Assembly: GCA_958296125.1 (NCBI GenBank)
Contig: OY282444.1
Coordinates: 1,543,940-1,607,939, forward strand
Source: an uncultured Poribacteria bacterium
GTDB lineage: Bacteria; Poribacteria; WGA-4E; PCPOR2b
Direction: 5' to 3'
DNA: 64,000 bases
Positions 9,751 to 19,700 of the stretch are shown here, piece after piece (position 1 is the first letter of the stretch; every line of letters begins with the position of its first letter). The notes beneath the pieces are model-generated. The model did not search any database. It was not told the DNA's origin and saw only the letters and a list, made by a program, of their open reading frames with translations. A program made the position numbers and the translations under genes.

Positions 9751-9830
9751 AAAGTCATCGTCAACACCTAGACAAGATAACATGCTTTTCGCGGGCGATG
9801 GCGAAAAACATCATGACTATCGAAACCAAG

Positions 9831-10343
9831 TTACACGCCTATATCCCTGTGTAACTCAAAGTCTGCGAGTGCGTCCCTTTCGTTTTGGTAGATAAAATTC
9901 TCAAGATTTGCCGCTCCCAATTGCTTGAAAGTGTGTGTTAGCATTGCCGATAACCCATAGACCTTGAGGTCGCCACCGTTCCGTCTCAATTCATTTGATT
10001 TGCTGACCAATATGCCTAACCCTGAACTATCAATTCGACGAGCACTACTAAGATTGACAATTACTTTCATCGTGTTTTGGCTGATAAGTTGCTCAAGTAT
10101 TTGGCGTAACTGAATCGATGAAAGTGCGATGAGGTCGGTGTCCACATCAATGATTTGAATCGTCGCCTTTTGGCGTTGAATCTGACGCCACGTATCAACC
10201 GCGATTTGTACCTCTCCACTTGACAAGGGCTCAGCTAATCCCATCACTCTGTAAGCAGTGCTGTCATCGGGTGCCTCAGCTGATAAATCTAAGTCATGTC
10301 CTTCTGGAAGGTATTCACGGATTGTTATTGATCTTGTTGCCAT
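9831..10343 (-). CDS. STAS-domain anti-sigma-factor antagonist with N-terminal extension
   Basis: VIVNLSSARRIDSSGLGILV...GGDLKV is the SpoIIAA/RsbV signature, including the phosphoacceptor Ser. Confidence 0.85.
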   Translation of the reverse strand: MATRSITIREYLPEGHDLDLSAEAPDDSTAYRVMGLAEPLSSGEVQIAVDTWRQIQRQKATIQIIDVDTDLIALSSIQLRQILEQLISQNTMKVIVNLSSARRIDSSGLGILVSKSNELRRNGGDLKVYGLSAMLTHTFKQLGAANLENFIYQNERDALADFELHRDIGV

Positions 10344-10414
10344 GAGAGATTCCTTTCTCGTATTTTAAACCTATCTCGCTTCAATCCACCAATGGGTGGG
10401 TGAAGCCTACTTTT

Positions 10415-10444
10415 ATTTTACCTTAGTTCCTCTAGGGAGGTCAA
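10415..10444 (-). promoter_or_regulatory. Probable sigma70 promoter for the STAS gene
   Basis: Minus strand TTGACC-N18-TAAAAT about 70 bp upstream of the ATG at 10343. Confidence 0.55.
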
Positions 10445-10487
10445 ATAAAATCCCGTTGTCCTTGCGACTAAACCGTGTTACAGATAG

Positions 10488-10693
10488 GGGCTTTAGCCCG
10501 TAAAGCCCAAGTATTGTCCGTTCCGCCTGCCTGCCCGGTCTCGGCACGGACAGACCAGGGATACTTGGGATAAAGACCTTTTAAAAGGTCTTAAGTTTCG
10601 CTTTAGCGTTTTTTTTAACTTTGTATGTAAAATATGATATACTTGTCTTGGCTTTCGTAGGGGACATCCCGAACCCTTCGGGATGTCCCCTAC
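10488..10693. repeat. Cluster of palindromes / REP-like hairpins
   Basis: Four inverted repeats: GGGCTTTA-n5-TAAAGCCC; CCCAAGTAT...ATACTTGGG; AAGACCTTTTAAAAGGTCTT; and a perfect 17-bp stem GTAGGGGACATCCCGAA-CCC-TTCGGGATGTCCCCTAC at 10657-10693. Confidence 0.8.
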
Positions 10694-10734
10694 ATCCTAC
10701 AGGATAGGATATGCGAGCTAGAAAGCTGAATTCC

Positions 10735-11063
10735 ATGAAAACGTACAAGTTCAAGATGTATAGCCATCACGGTAACGGCGAGTTGCACAAGACTATAGAC
10801 GGTCACGCGCCTATATGGAATCATTGCATTGCCCTTCAGTGGTGCTACTATGCTATCTACGGCAAGTATATCAGCAAGTTTCGATTGATGAAACACCTCT
10901 CTAAACTCAAGCAACTCCCTCGCTTTGCCCACCTGGTCTCGGCACGGACCCTTCAGGAGAGGTCGTAAGTCCCGCTTCGATTGGCTAACCTCATTGATTG
11001 AACAATTCGACTCCTAAAGGAACAGGTGAGAATCCCAATCCTTTAGGTTTGGGAGTATGTCAA
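10735..11063 (+). mobile_element. tnpB: Internally deleted IS200/IS605-family element: tnpB N-terminal fragment plus right end
   Basis: MKTYKFKMY...IWNHCIALQ..YY..YGKYISKFRLMKHLSKLK resembles the OrfB_IS605 HTH N-terminus and stops after ~77 aa. It is followed by a typical right end, GAATCCCAATCCTTTAGGTTTGGGAGTATGTCAA (hairpin + TCAA). Confidence 0.85.
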
Positions 11064-11133
11064 AATGTTGATACTGCGCGCAGGTAGGAACCTTCGTGTT
11101 TATCCCTTATTTCAATTATAAAGGAGTGCCTTC

Positions 11134-12555
11134 ATGAATACCTCAGATCTGCCCAACATTCTGCTCATTATGTCCGACGAACACGCCCCGATGTACAGTG
11201 GGCCATACGGACATCCTTTGGTTAAGACCCCGCATATGGACCGCCTCGCCGCCGATGGTATCACGTTTACCAACGCCTATTGTAACTCTCCCCTTTGTAT
11301 GCCTTCACGAATGTCTTTCATGACAGGTCGCTACATTCACCACATCGGTGCTTGGGACAACGCTACACCTATTCCCTCCGACACCGTTACTTGGGCACAC
11401 CTCTTGCGCGGAGTTGGTTATGATGCGGTTCTCTCTGGGAAACAGCATTTCGAGGGGCTAGACCAACTTCACGGGTTCCGCGCCCAACTTGCTCGGGACC
11501 TCCACGCTGAGAACGATCACGGTATCATTGATTGGGAAAACGGCACACCTACCGCAGCACGCCCTTGGTCCGGGCTTGAGGAGGCAGGCCCCGGCACCAC
11601 CACGGAAATCGAAGTAGACGATCTGGCAGAGGAGCAGGCATTGGCTTACCTCCGCGATCCGGCGCGCAAAGATCGACCTTGGGCACTCAACGTCTCTTTC
11701 ATCGCGCCCCATTTTCCGCTCGTTGTGCCGCAACGATTTTGGGATCTTTATCCTCTAGATGAAATCGACCTTCCGGAGATTCCGCAGGGACATTTGGAGC
11801 GTCAGCATCCGGTCTTCAAGCGGATGCGGAGCATGTTCGGTTGCGTCGATTTCCCCGAAGAACTGGTACGGAGGGGACGCGCAGGCTACTACGGTCTTAT
11901 CACCTACCTCGACGAAAAGATTGGTCGTCTCCTTGAAACCCTCGAAGAGACCGGACAGTTGGATAATACCGTAATTGTGTATACCAGCGATCACGGCGAA
12001 ATGAATGGGGAGCACGGCATGTGGCGGAAATCTAACTTCTATGAAGCCTCCGCCCGCGTGCCGCTTCAAATTGTTTGGCCTGGACATCTTCCCGCTGGAC
12101 ATCGGGTCGATGAGGTCGTCTCACTTGTAGACCTTATCGCCACCGTTGTTGACATCGCTGACACAACACCGATCACCCCATTAGACGGTGACAGCTTGCT
12201 GCCTTTGATGCAGATGGGGTCGGGGGCTTCCCCGTTTTGGAAGGACGAAGCCTTTTCCGAATACTTGGCGCATGGTGTCGCGCGTCCGGTCGCGATGCTT
12301 CGGCGGGGTAGATATAAGCTCATCTACAGTTTGGGCGACTCGCCACAACTCTACGACGTTCAGACCGATCCAGATGAATTCCATGACCTCGCTGGAGATA
12401 GCGCGTATCAGTCGATCCTCGAAGATCTCCAGGGACAACTATTGTCCCATTGGGACCCCGTTGATTTAGAACAACGTGTGCGACGGAGCCAGAAAGAACG
12501 GATGCTCATTAACTCTGCTACCGATGGGGCGTGGCGCAGGTTCAACGTGCCTTGA
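11134..12555 (+). CDS. Sulfatase (choline-sulfatase-like)
   Basis: NILLIMSDEH, formylglycine motif CMPSR, GKQH, SDHGEM and RVPL. Confidence 0.92.
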   Translation: MNTSDLPNILLIMSDEHAPMYSGPYGHPLVKTPHMDRLAADGITFTNAYCNSPLCMPSRMSFMTGRYIHHIGAWDNATPIPSDTVTWAHLLRGVGYDAVLSGKQHFEGLDQLHGFRAQLARDLHAENDHGIIDWENGTPTAARPWSGLEEAGPGTTTEIEVDDLAEEQALAYLRDPARKDRPWALNVSFIAPHFPLVVPQRFWDLYPLDEIDLPEIPQGHLERQHPVFKRMRSMFGCVDFPEELVRRGRAGYYGLITYLDEKIGRLLETLEETGQLDNTVIVYTSDHGEMNGEHGMWRKSNFYEASARVPLQIVWPGHLPAGHRVDEVVSLVDLIATVVDIADTTPITPLDGDSLLPLMQMGSGASPFWKDEAFSEYLAHGVARPVAMLRRGRYKLIYSLGDSPQLYDVQTDPDEFHDLAGDSAYQSILEDLQGQLLSHWDPVDLEQRVRRSQKERMLINSATDGAWRRFNVP

Positions 12556-12644
12556 GGGAATTATGGCGAGGCAATCCCTCCACAACAGTAAGTGGAAATT
12601 TGAGGACTTAACTAAGTCGTTTCTAGCTGCTTCGTCCCAATTTA

Positions 12645-13502
12645 CTAGAGTGAGGCAGGATCATTAAGCCCTAAAAGAGCCAGCGTGTCCCGATGCAAGA
12701 TCTGAGCGGGCAGATCTTCCGGCAGCGGCGGCAGTCGCATCTCTTGGGAAAGTCGAACAATATCGTGTAGTCCCTTGACAGATTCATCAAAAGTGGTTAT
12801 GGGAAAATCGGTGCCGAAAAGCAGCTTGTCGGTGACACCGTATTCGACCGCCAACCGTAGCGAGTTGTAGTATTGCCAAGGGCGATAGAACAGGGCGGAG
12901 ATATCGGCAAAGACATTGGGTTGCTTTCGGATAAGGACAATGGCTTCGGCTTCCCAAGGGTGCCCGATGTGGGCAATGACCATCTTCAGATCGGGGAAAC
13001 GAAGCGCGATATCTTCGAGCAGGACTGGATTCGCGTATTTCAGCGGTGCTTTGCGCGGATAGGTCGTGCCTTGGTGGAACATGATCGGCAGTCCGAGTTC
13101 CTCTGCTCGTGCGAAGATTTGCAAGGCGCGTGGATCTAGCGGATCCCAACCGCCATAGATTGGACTCATCTTCAGACCACGAAGCCCTAGCTCTTGAACC
13201 GCGCGGTCTACCTCCGCGAGGGCGTTATCTTCAGTCGGGCAGATTGCCGCAAAGCCGATCAGTTTTTTCGGGGCCATGCGAATATATTCTGCAACGGTGT
13301 CGTTGACCGTAAGGAATCCGGTGAGCGGTGCGCGCAACCCAAACACAATCGCACGGTCTACTTTCGCTACAGCCGAAGCGTGCATCTCCGGTGTGATGTC
13401 CAAGTCGACCACTTGCCGACGCATGATGAAGGTCTCGTGGGCGAGCTCCTCGGTTAGCTCCTCCGGATATCGCCAGAAATGGGTGTGGCAGTCAATGATC
13501 AT
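12645..13502 (-). CDS. Amidohydrolase_2-family metal-dependent hydrolase
   Basis: IIDCHTH, GLRGLK, FHQG, IAHIG and LLFGTDFP. Confidence 0.9.
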   Translation of the reverse strand: MIIDCHTHFWRYPEELTEELAHETFIMRRQVVDLDITPEMHASAVAKVDRAIVFGLRAPLTGFLTVNDTVAEYIRMAPKKLIGFAAICPTEDNALAEVDRAVQELGLRGLKMSPIYGGWDPLDPRALQIFARAEELGLPIMFHQGTTYPRKAPLKYANPVLLEDIALRFPDLKMVIAHIGHPWEAEAIVLIRKQPNVFADISALFYRPWQYYNSLRLAVEYGVTDKLLFGTDFPITTFDESVKGLHDIVRLSQEMRLPPLPEDLPAQILHRDTLALLGLNDPASL

Positions 13503-13518
13503 GGGTATTCCTTAGCTA

Positions 13519-14412
13519 TTAATGCGCTTTTCTGCTGACTTGAGAATATTCGACAGCGAATGCAATTATCGCCTCCGCGACCTTGATTCCCGTAACCGCT
13601 TCGATTTCTTCAAACCCCGGCGAAGGATTGACCTCTAACGCTATTGGGCCTGCTAGCGTCTCCAACAGATCTACCCCGGCAATATCCAATTCCATCGCTT
13701 TTGCAGCCCGGAGGGCTGTGTCCATATATTCGCGGTGGAGTTCGATAGGATGCCCCTGCCCGCCGCGGTGGATGTTTGATCGAAACTCGCCTTCCGGTGC
13801 CGTTCTTCTCATGGCAGCAACAACCTGTCCACCGACGACAATCACCCGCACGTCATTCCCCCCGGATTCTTCAATAAAGGATTGAATGACATAATCTTGA
13901 TGGAGGTCGCACATTGCGCCAATCGCCGACTTGAGCGATGTCGGGGTATCAAGCAACAAGATTGCGTTGCCGTGAGTCCCCTCAAAGGGTTTCATGATAA
14001 AAGGATATTCGCCTGCCTGATGCACAGATCTATCTATACATCGAGTTGAACCCGCAGCAAAACTGGGTGGGACAGGCAGGCCATGTTGAGCAAGGATACG
14101 AAGGGCGCGGAATTTATTTCGGGCGTTTGCAATCGCGTAAGATCGATTGATTACCGGCGTACCGATCCATTCAAAATGTGCCACCACCTCCTCCCCGTAT
14201 TGTGCTGTCGCCGCACTTAGACGCGGGAGAACGACATCGAAATCTGTGGCGGGGGTTTCTTCGTAATAAATAGGTGTGCCCGGACTGCCGATATGAAGAT
14301 AGAATCCAAACGGGTTGAGGACTGTCGGCGTGTGACCGACTGCGAGGGCAGCTTCAACCAATCGTCGGGTGGCGTGGTTTTGCTTACCGAGGGAGATGAT
14401 GCCAATTTTCAT
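13519..14412 (-). CDS. rimK: RimK-family ATP-grasp alpha-L-glutamate ligase
   Basis: DVVLPRL, KPFEGTHG, DVRVIVVG, FRSNIHRGG and EVNPSPG. Confidence 0.85.
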   Translation of the reverse strand: MKIGIISLGKQNHATRRLVEAALAVGHTPTVLNPFGFYLHIGSPGTPIYYEETPATDFDVVLPRLSAATAQYGEEVVAHFEWIGTPVINRSYAIANARNKFRALRILAQHGLPVPPSFAAGSTRCIDRSVHQAGEYPFIMKPFEGTHGNAILLLDTPTSLKSAIGAMCDLHQDYVIQSFIEESGGNDVRVIVVGGQVVAAMRRTAPEGEFRSNIHRGGQGHPIELHREYMDTALRAAKAMELDIAGVDLLETLAGPIALEVNPSPGFEEIEAVTGIKVAEAIIAFAVEYSQVSRKAH

Positions 14413-14552
14413 TCTGGTATAAACTCAAATCCCGATGTTGTTAAATTATTCCGATTCTTACAACACCGTGGAAAATACCCGGAACTATCGCGCAACCGTT
14501 TATGGTGTTTTTTGTAATGTCCGAACGGGCAAACAGAACCGGAGCCTATCTG

Positions 14553-15587
14553 CTAAATCCCTACCTGCCGATCTCTCAAAAAAGCTTCGAGTTCCTTAAT
14601 GGTGCCGAAAATCCGTTCACACAGATTCTCAAAAAATGGACTACGTGCATGGGAGTATACGGCATAAACCGGTTTGTTATAGCGGGAAGCAAAGTTCATC
14701 TCACTCAAGACACCGGGTGAGAGTTTATCAGTTGGGTAGATAACAACAATAAAATCGCTCTGGTGAATGAATTGGTAATCTCTGGAGATAGTGCGTGTCT
14801 TAATCTGCACCCTGAAATTCCGATCGATATCACTGAGAGTTGTGATTTCACTGTCATCTACCTCTTCCTGAGATGGCTCCGTGGAATGAATCAGGTCCAT
14901 ATCCCCGATGCAGAGCGGATCAAATATGATAAAGTCCTGCTGCATCTTTGAGCCAAACGAGCGGATGCTTTCAATTTGATCCGGTGCCTCCTTGCGGATA
15001 AGCGTGATCGGATAACTCAAGTAGAATTTCTTCTTTTTTGAAAAAAGCAGGTCGTAGAAGTTTCCCAGATCGTGTTGCCGGGCGACAGTATAGTGAATTT
15101 TTCCTTTGAGGTTAGCGAGTTGTTTGGTCAGAAATTCTTCCTCATCGAGCCAGACGTTGATTTCGTCGCGTCGCATGCCCGTCCACTGCGGATTATCCTC
15201 CATACGGTGAGCGATATCCGCGAGATTGTCTACCACATTGATGAACACGTCAGCCGGAAAGTGCTCCATATCTCGAAACGAGATGCCTTCAACTAGTTTT
15301 CCATTCCAGCGGAAGCAAGCGTGCAGACCAACGAAGGTATGCTCATAATCATGTGCGGTGTTAGCAATCTCATAGAAAGCCGATCGGCGTGCTAACGAGA
15401 GAACAGCGGGGTCAGAGTCGAGCACCTTGTCTGTGAATTGAACCCCGGAGGCTGCAGCCGCGCTGCCCATAAAATCCCCAACGTTGAAAAATCCAATCTG
15501 CTTTCCTTTACCGCGGCAGAGTGCTGCAAACTCTCCCATCAGTTCCTTTCGCCCCGAACAACTGATTCCTGTGCAGATGATGTTCAT
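14553..15587 (-). CDS. P-loop nucleotide-kinase-like domain fused to a nucleoside 2-deoxyribosyltransferase/TIR-like domain
   Basis: N-terminal TGISCSGRK P-loop and HACFRW. C-terminal FYLSYP...FDP...RDYQFIHQSD...SPGVLSE...A...KPV is an NDT-like pattern. Confidence 0.65.
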   Translation of the reverse strand: MNIICTGISCSGRKELMGEFAALCRGKGKQIGFFNVGDFMGSAAAASGVQFTDKVLDSDPAVLSLARRSAFYEIANTAHDYEHTFVGLHACFRWNGKLVEGISFRDMEHFPADVFINVVDNLADIAHRMEDNPQWTGMRRDEINVWLDEEEFLTKQLANLKGKIHYTVARQHDLGNFYDLLFSKKKKFYLSYPITLIRKEAPDQIESIRSFGSKMQQDFIIFDPLCIGDMDLIHSTEPSQEEVDDSEITTLSDIDRNFRVQIKTRTISRDYQFIHQSDFIVVIYPTDKLSPGVLSEMNFASRYNKPVYAVYSHARSPFFENLCERIFGTIKELEAFLRDRQVGI

Positions 15588-15652
15588 AGGAGTGCTCCGG
15601 TTTGGGGTGAGCGCATCTAAACCTGTTTAGCTAGCGAACACCGATTTTACGC

Positions 15653-16690
15653 TCAGAATCGCAGGAGGAGAGAGACTCGGTGAGCGTTGCCGACACCTTG
15701 ATCTGGAACGAAAGCATAATCGAACTGAAAATTGACGTTTTCGAGAGAAGCCTCCCCGATTCGGCGCAGCCCAAACCCGGCCGTCAACCCATTTTTGGGA
15801 TTTTCTCCCTTGCTAAAACTATAGCCAGCGCGAAGGGCGAGCATACCATAGAACCAATTCTCTGCGCCCAGATGGAAGGTTGGAAATCCAGCAACGATTG
15901 GGTAGTTGACATCAGCGGCCAATGCGAAAAGATCCTGCGGCGGTCTCGCACTGTCAACACTAGGCTTAGTACGGATGTGGTAAGCGATGCCGCCGCGCAC
16001 ATTCATCGGCAGATTTTCCCCTGTATCCAGAAAACCCAAGTTTTGTGCTGCAATTCCTACGCCGATCCGATTGTCTAGAATCTGTAAAAGCACCCCAACA
16101 TCGGCAGCAGCACCAATCGAGTCCTCAACATCGAGTTGCTGAGAAATTGCTTTCGCTGTTGCCCCGACCGAAAACTCTGGGGATAAAATATAGGCGATAG
16201 ATATCCCCGTAGCAAAACCACCGACCGTGGCAGTACTGTCAGGTTCCTCTGTCGATCTGCGACGGCGTTCAATCTCTGTAAACGCGCCGAGGAAACTCAC
16301 CCCCCAAGTCCCTTTGCCGCCAAAACGTTGTGCATAACCAAGGAATTGGTTACTAATATCTGCAATCGAGAAATTCTGCATTGCAGTAAATTGGCGTTCT
16401 CCTACCGCTGTCAAGCCAGCAGGATTCCAATAGATTGTATTGACATCGTTAGCCAAGCCTGCGAACGCCCCTCCCATCCCGGCGGGGCGGCTGCCGGCCT
16501 CAATTTTAAGGAACGCAGCACCTGTTGTGCCGGCATCTGCGTGAATGTCCGCGGCAAAAGCGGGGAAAGCAATGATTGCAAAAAATACTGTCAGAATCAG
16601 GATTTTCAGAATTTTAGGATTACAAAAGTTTTCGTCTTTTAATCCTTTAATCCTGATTAATTCCTGTTTTGGGTGCATCTGTTTCTCCAA
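15653..16690 (-). CDS. PorV/PorQ (UPF0164)-like outer-membrane beta-barrel
   Basis: Signal peptide, AAFLKIEAGSRPAGMGGAF, IYWNPAGL, ALRAGY, and terminal FDYAF...HRVSLLLRF. The start may be 16678. Confidence 0.85.
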   Translation of the reverse strand: MEKQMHPKQELIRIKGLKDENFCNPKILKILILTVFFAIIAFPAFAADIHADAGTTGAAFLKIEAGSRPAGMGGAFAGLANDVNTIYWNPAGLTAVGERQFTAMQNFSIADISNQFLGYAQRFGGKGTWGVSFLGAFTEIERRRRSTEEPDSTATVGGFATGISIAYILSPEFSVGATAKAISQQLDVEDSIGAAADVGVLLQILDNRIGVGIAAQNLGFLDTGENLPMNVRGGIAYHIRTKPSVDSARPPQDLFALAADVNYPIVAGFPTFHLGAENWFYGMLALRAGYSFSKGENPKNGLTAGFGLRRIGEASLENVNFQFDYAFVPDQGVGNAHRVSLLLRF

Positions 16691-16770
16691 TTCTTTTCCT
16701 CAATTTGGTTCATTGGTTCATAAACGAACTCCCGACCCTTTTGAACTATATCTAAGAGGGTCGCTCGCAC

Positions 16771-19700
16771 CTACTCAACCACGACAATCTTCCCGACCAC
16801 ATTTGTGAGGTTGCTCGTTACCACATCCTCTGCTTCCAAACGGAAGATATAGATTCCACGGGCGACATCGGCACCGGACTGATTGGTTAGATCCCACATC
16901 ACTTCATTGTCGCTCCTGCCAGCCCTCAGGTCGCTAAATCTCTTTTCGTACACCAAGTCACCGGCAAAATCATAGATACTCAAGGCGATCCGTGCGCCTT
17001 CCCCACCGGGAACATTGACTTCAAAGGAGAAGTGGGCAACTTCGCCGTTTGAACGCCTTGAGAGACTGAGTGGGTTGGGCCAAACATACGTCGGGCCTTT
17101 GAAGATAAGCGACACCGAGAAGTTGACAGTCACGGCATCGTAAATACCGATATTACCAGCGCGATCGGTGACGCGAATATCAAGGTTGTATTCACCGGAC
17201 TGGGCAGGCAGAAAATCAATCGACCAGCGACTCCAGGGATCTTCCTCCTCATCACTGTCATCTTTTGCAGCAACCGGATCGATGGGTTGGTCATCGGGGC
17301 CAGTACCGACAATTTCAATCAGTGCGACTTCAGACGCAGGGATATCGTTCTCTGACGGGTCATGCGCGGTGCCTTGTAATGGTAACGGTTCATCTTCAAA
17401 GGTCGTTTCCCCAACTAAATCTGTTAGCTCAACGACCGGCTTCGTCGTTTCAAAGAGGAACTGCGTCGTGACTGAGTCAGTTGGTTGGAAGCCAAGATTT
17501 GCAGCGTCCAAACCGACGCTGGTAATAGTCACCTGATAAAGTCCCTGGTCATCGAGCGGTCCAGATTTGAAGCGGATGCGGTCGGTGCCGTTCTGCGTCG
17601 TGGTGCCGCTGATAATGTTTCCGGAGGGAGAACGCACGGTAATCGACGAGTTGACCAGGTCGGCTCCAAGGCCCTGGCTGCCATCCGGATTGACATCGGA
17701 AAGTTTTGCGTCAATAATGATGCTGCCGCTCTTGTTGGTCGCCGAAGGGTAATACGGATCATTTGAATCAGTAAGCAACGGTTGCCCATCAATGAACAAC
17801 GAGCTAGTGTCGACCCCCGGCGGGCGTGTATCGTAGAAGAAGCGATATGTAACGACTTGAGTGACATTCCCCGCACGGTCCTTCGGAGCAATTGTTAATT
17901 GATATATACCATCTTGACTTCCATCGCTGGCAAGTGGCATAATCAGCGTTAATAAAAGGGCTTGTTCTTCATCGGTGGTAAGCGTTCCCTCAATCTTGCG
18001 GTTCCCTTTAACCTCATCAAGCGTAATCCATGATCCATCAAGGTTATCCCAATCCACCCCGGAACTTGGCTCGTCATCCGTAATAACTGCACCGACCGAA
18101 ACCAGCGAATTATTGGTGCCCGGTTCGGCAACAATCAGTTGGATCGAGTCCGGATCCACCTCGGGTGAAACGGTATCGTAGACAAAGCTAAACTGCTCTG
18201 GTGCTCCCTGTCGCCCTGCACTATTGACAGGCATTACTGAAATGGTATAAACACCATCATCGGAGCCATCGGCAGCAAGTTCCCGTAAGAGTCGATAAAT
18301 GAACATTTTTCCCTGACGCACCTGCTGTCCTGGGACGGTTGTGCCATCGGGGGCAAGCAATGTAATCGTAGAACGGTTAGCCTCCCCATCGTCCAATTGA
18401 AATTCAGCTTCCACCTGACGAAGTGGCTCATTTGTGAATCCTTCGCTGTCTTTGCCGGGAGCCGGGGGCTTCCCCTTCGTGGTTTTTGGAACGGTTGAAA
18501 CGACAACCGGCATACCGGATGAAAAGGTGAAGTGTGCCTCAAACGGAGCGTTTAATCCGTTGCCCGCGCGATCAATCGCCTCCACACGGATTGTATAATT
18601 GCCGTCTGCCACAAGGCCGTTAATTTGCAACGTCAGCTTTCGATACCCATCGTTGCTCTGCACACCCTGAATTGGAGTCCCGGTCGGATCCAACAGCGTC
18701 AACGCCGATGCGGCGAAATTGATGCCACTATCACCAAGGTCATTCAGGTTTGCCGTAATCAGCGTAATATCATCACTACGGAGGTCACCATCGGTCGGAT
18801 CGGTGCTGACAAGTGTTGGGGCTTGGGTATCGTAAACGAGTTGATGCAAAAGCGAGTTCAGGTTGCCTGCCTTGTCCGTCAACTCTAGGCTGACAGTGTA
18901 TACCCCATCGTCGCTCCCATCGGCTGTAAGGGGCTGAGAAAGCGTCAGGAAAATTTGAGCCGCACCATCATTGGTCTGAACCGCTGCTACGACGTTCCCC
19001 CCTGCATCTCGAAGTTGAAGACGTTGGCTATCAATCTCTAAACCCGCCGGCCCCACATCTTCAACTTGAGCGGCGATTTGGATAAGCTGCTGACCGATGT
19101 AGGATAGCGGCTGCGTCGCATCAATTGGCGTTACCGAAGCCACTTCGGGCTCCTGTGTATCAAGTGTGAATTGATGCCGAGACGGTATTCCCAATCGGGC
19201 ACCACTATTGACAGGGGTGACCGTCACGGTGTAAACGCCATCCGCTGAACCATCTATGGCAAGCTGTAGCGGTCTCCACGCAATTTGATTCTCTCCACGC
19301 GAGGTCTGAACCCCTTCAACTTCACCATCGGAACCAGTTACGGCAATTGTCGAACCATCCGATGTCAAATTCAAACCAGTGCCACTGACATCTTCAAGCG
19401 TTGCGACGATTTCGTCCAGCCGATTCACATATTCGACCGGTGCCGTTTGACCGTCGATTGTCACAGCAGAAACAGTAGAACGCTCAAGTTCCAGATTGAA
19501 TTGGTACTCGATAGCGTGACTCGAGACGTTGCCTGATAGGTCGCGCGGTGTGATTTCAAGAGTATACGCCCCTGTCTGATACAACGAGGCAAAGCTGACG
19601 ATGATTGTATCGACTCCATCATCGCGGATGTTGATGCCGAGCGGCGCATTCCCTGGACCGAGTAATTGGACACTTGTGCCAACCCAATCTATGCCGCTCA

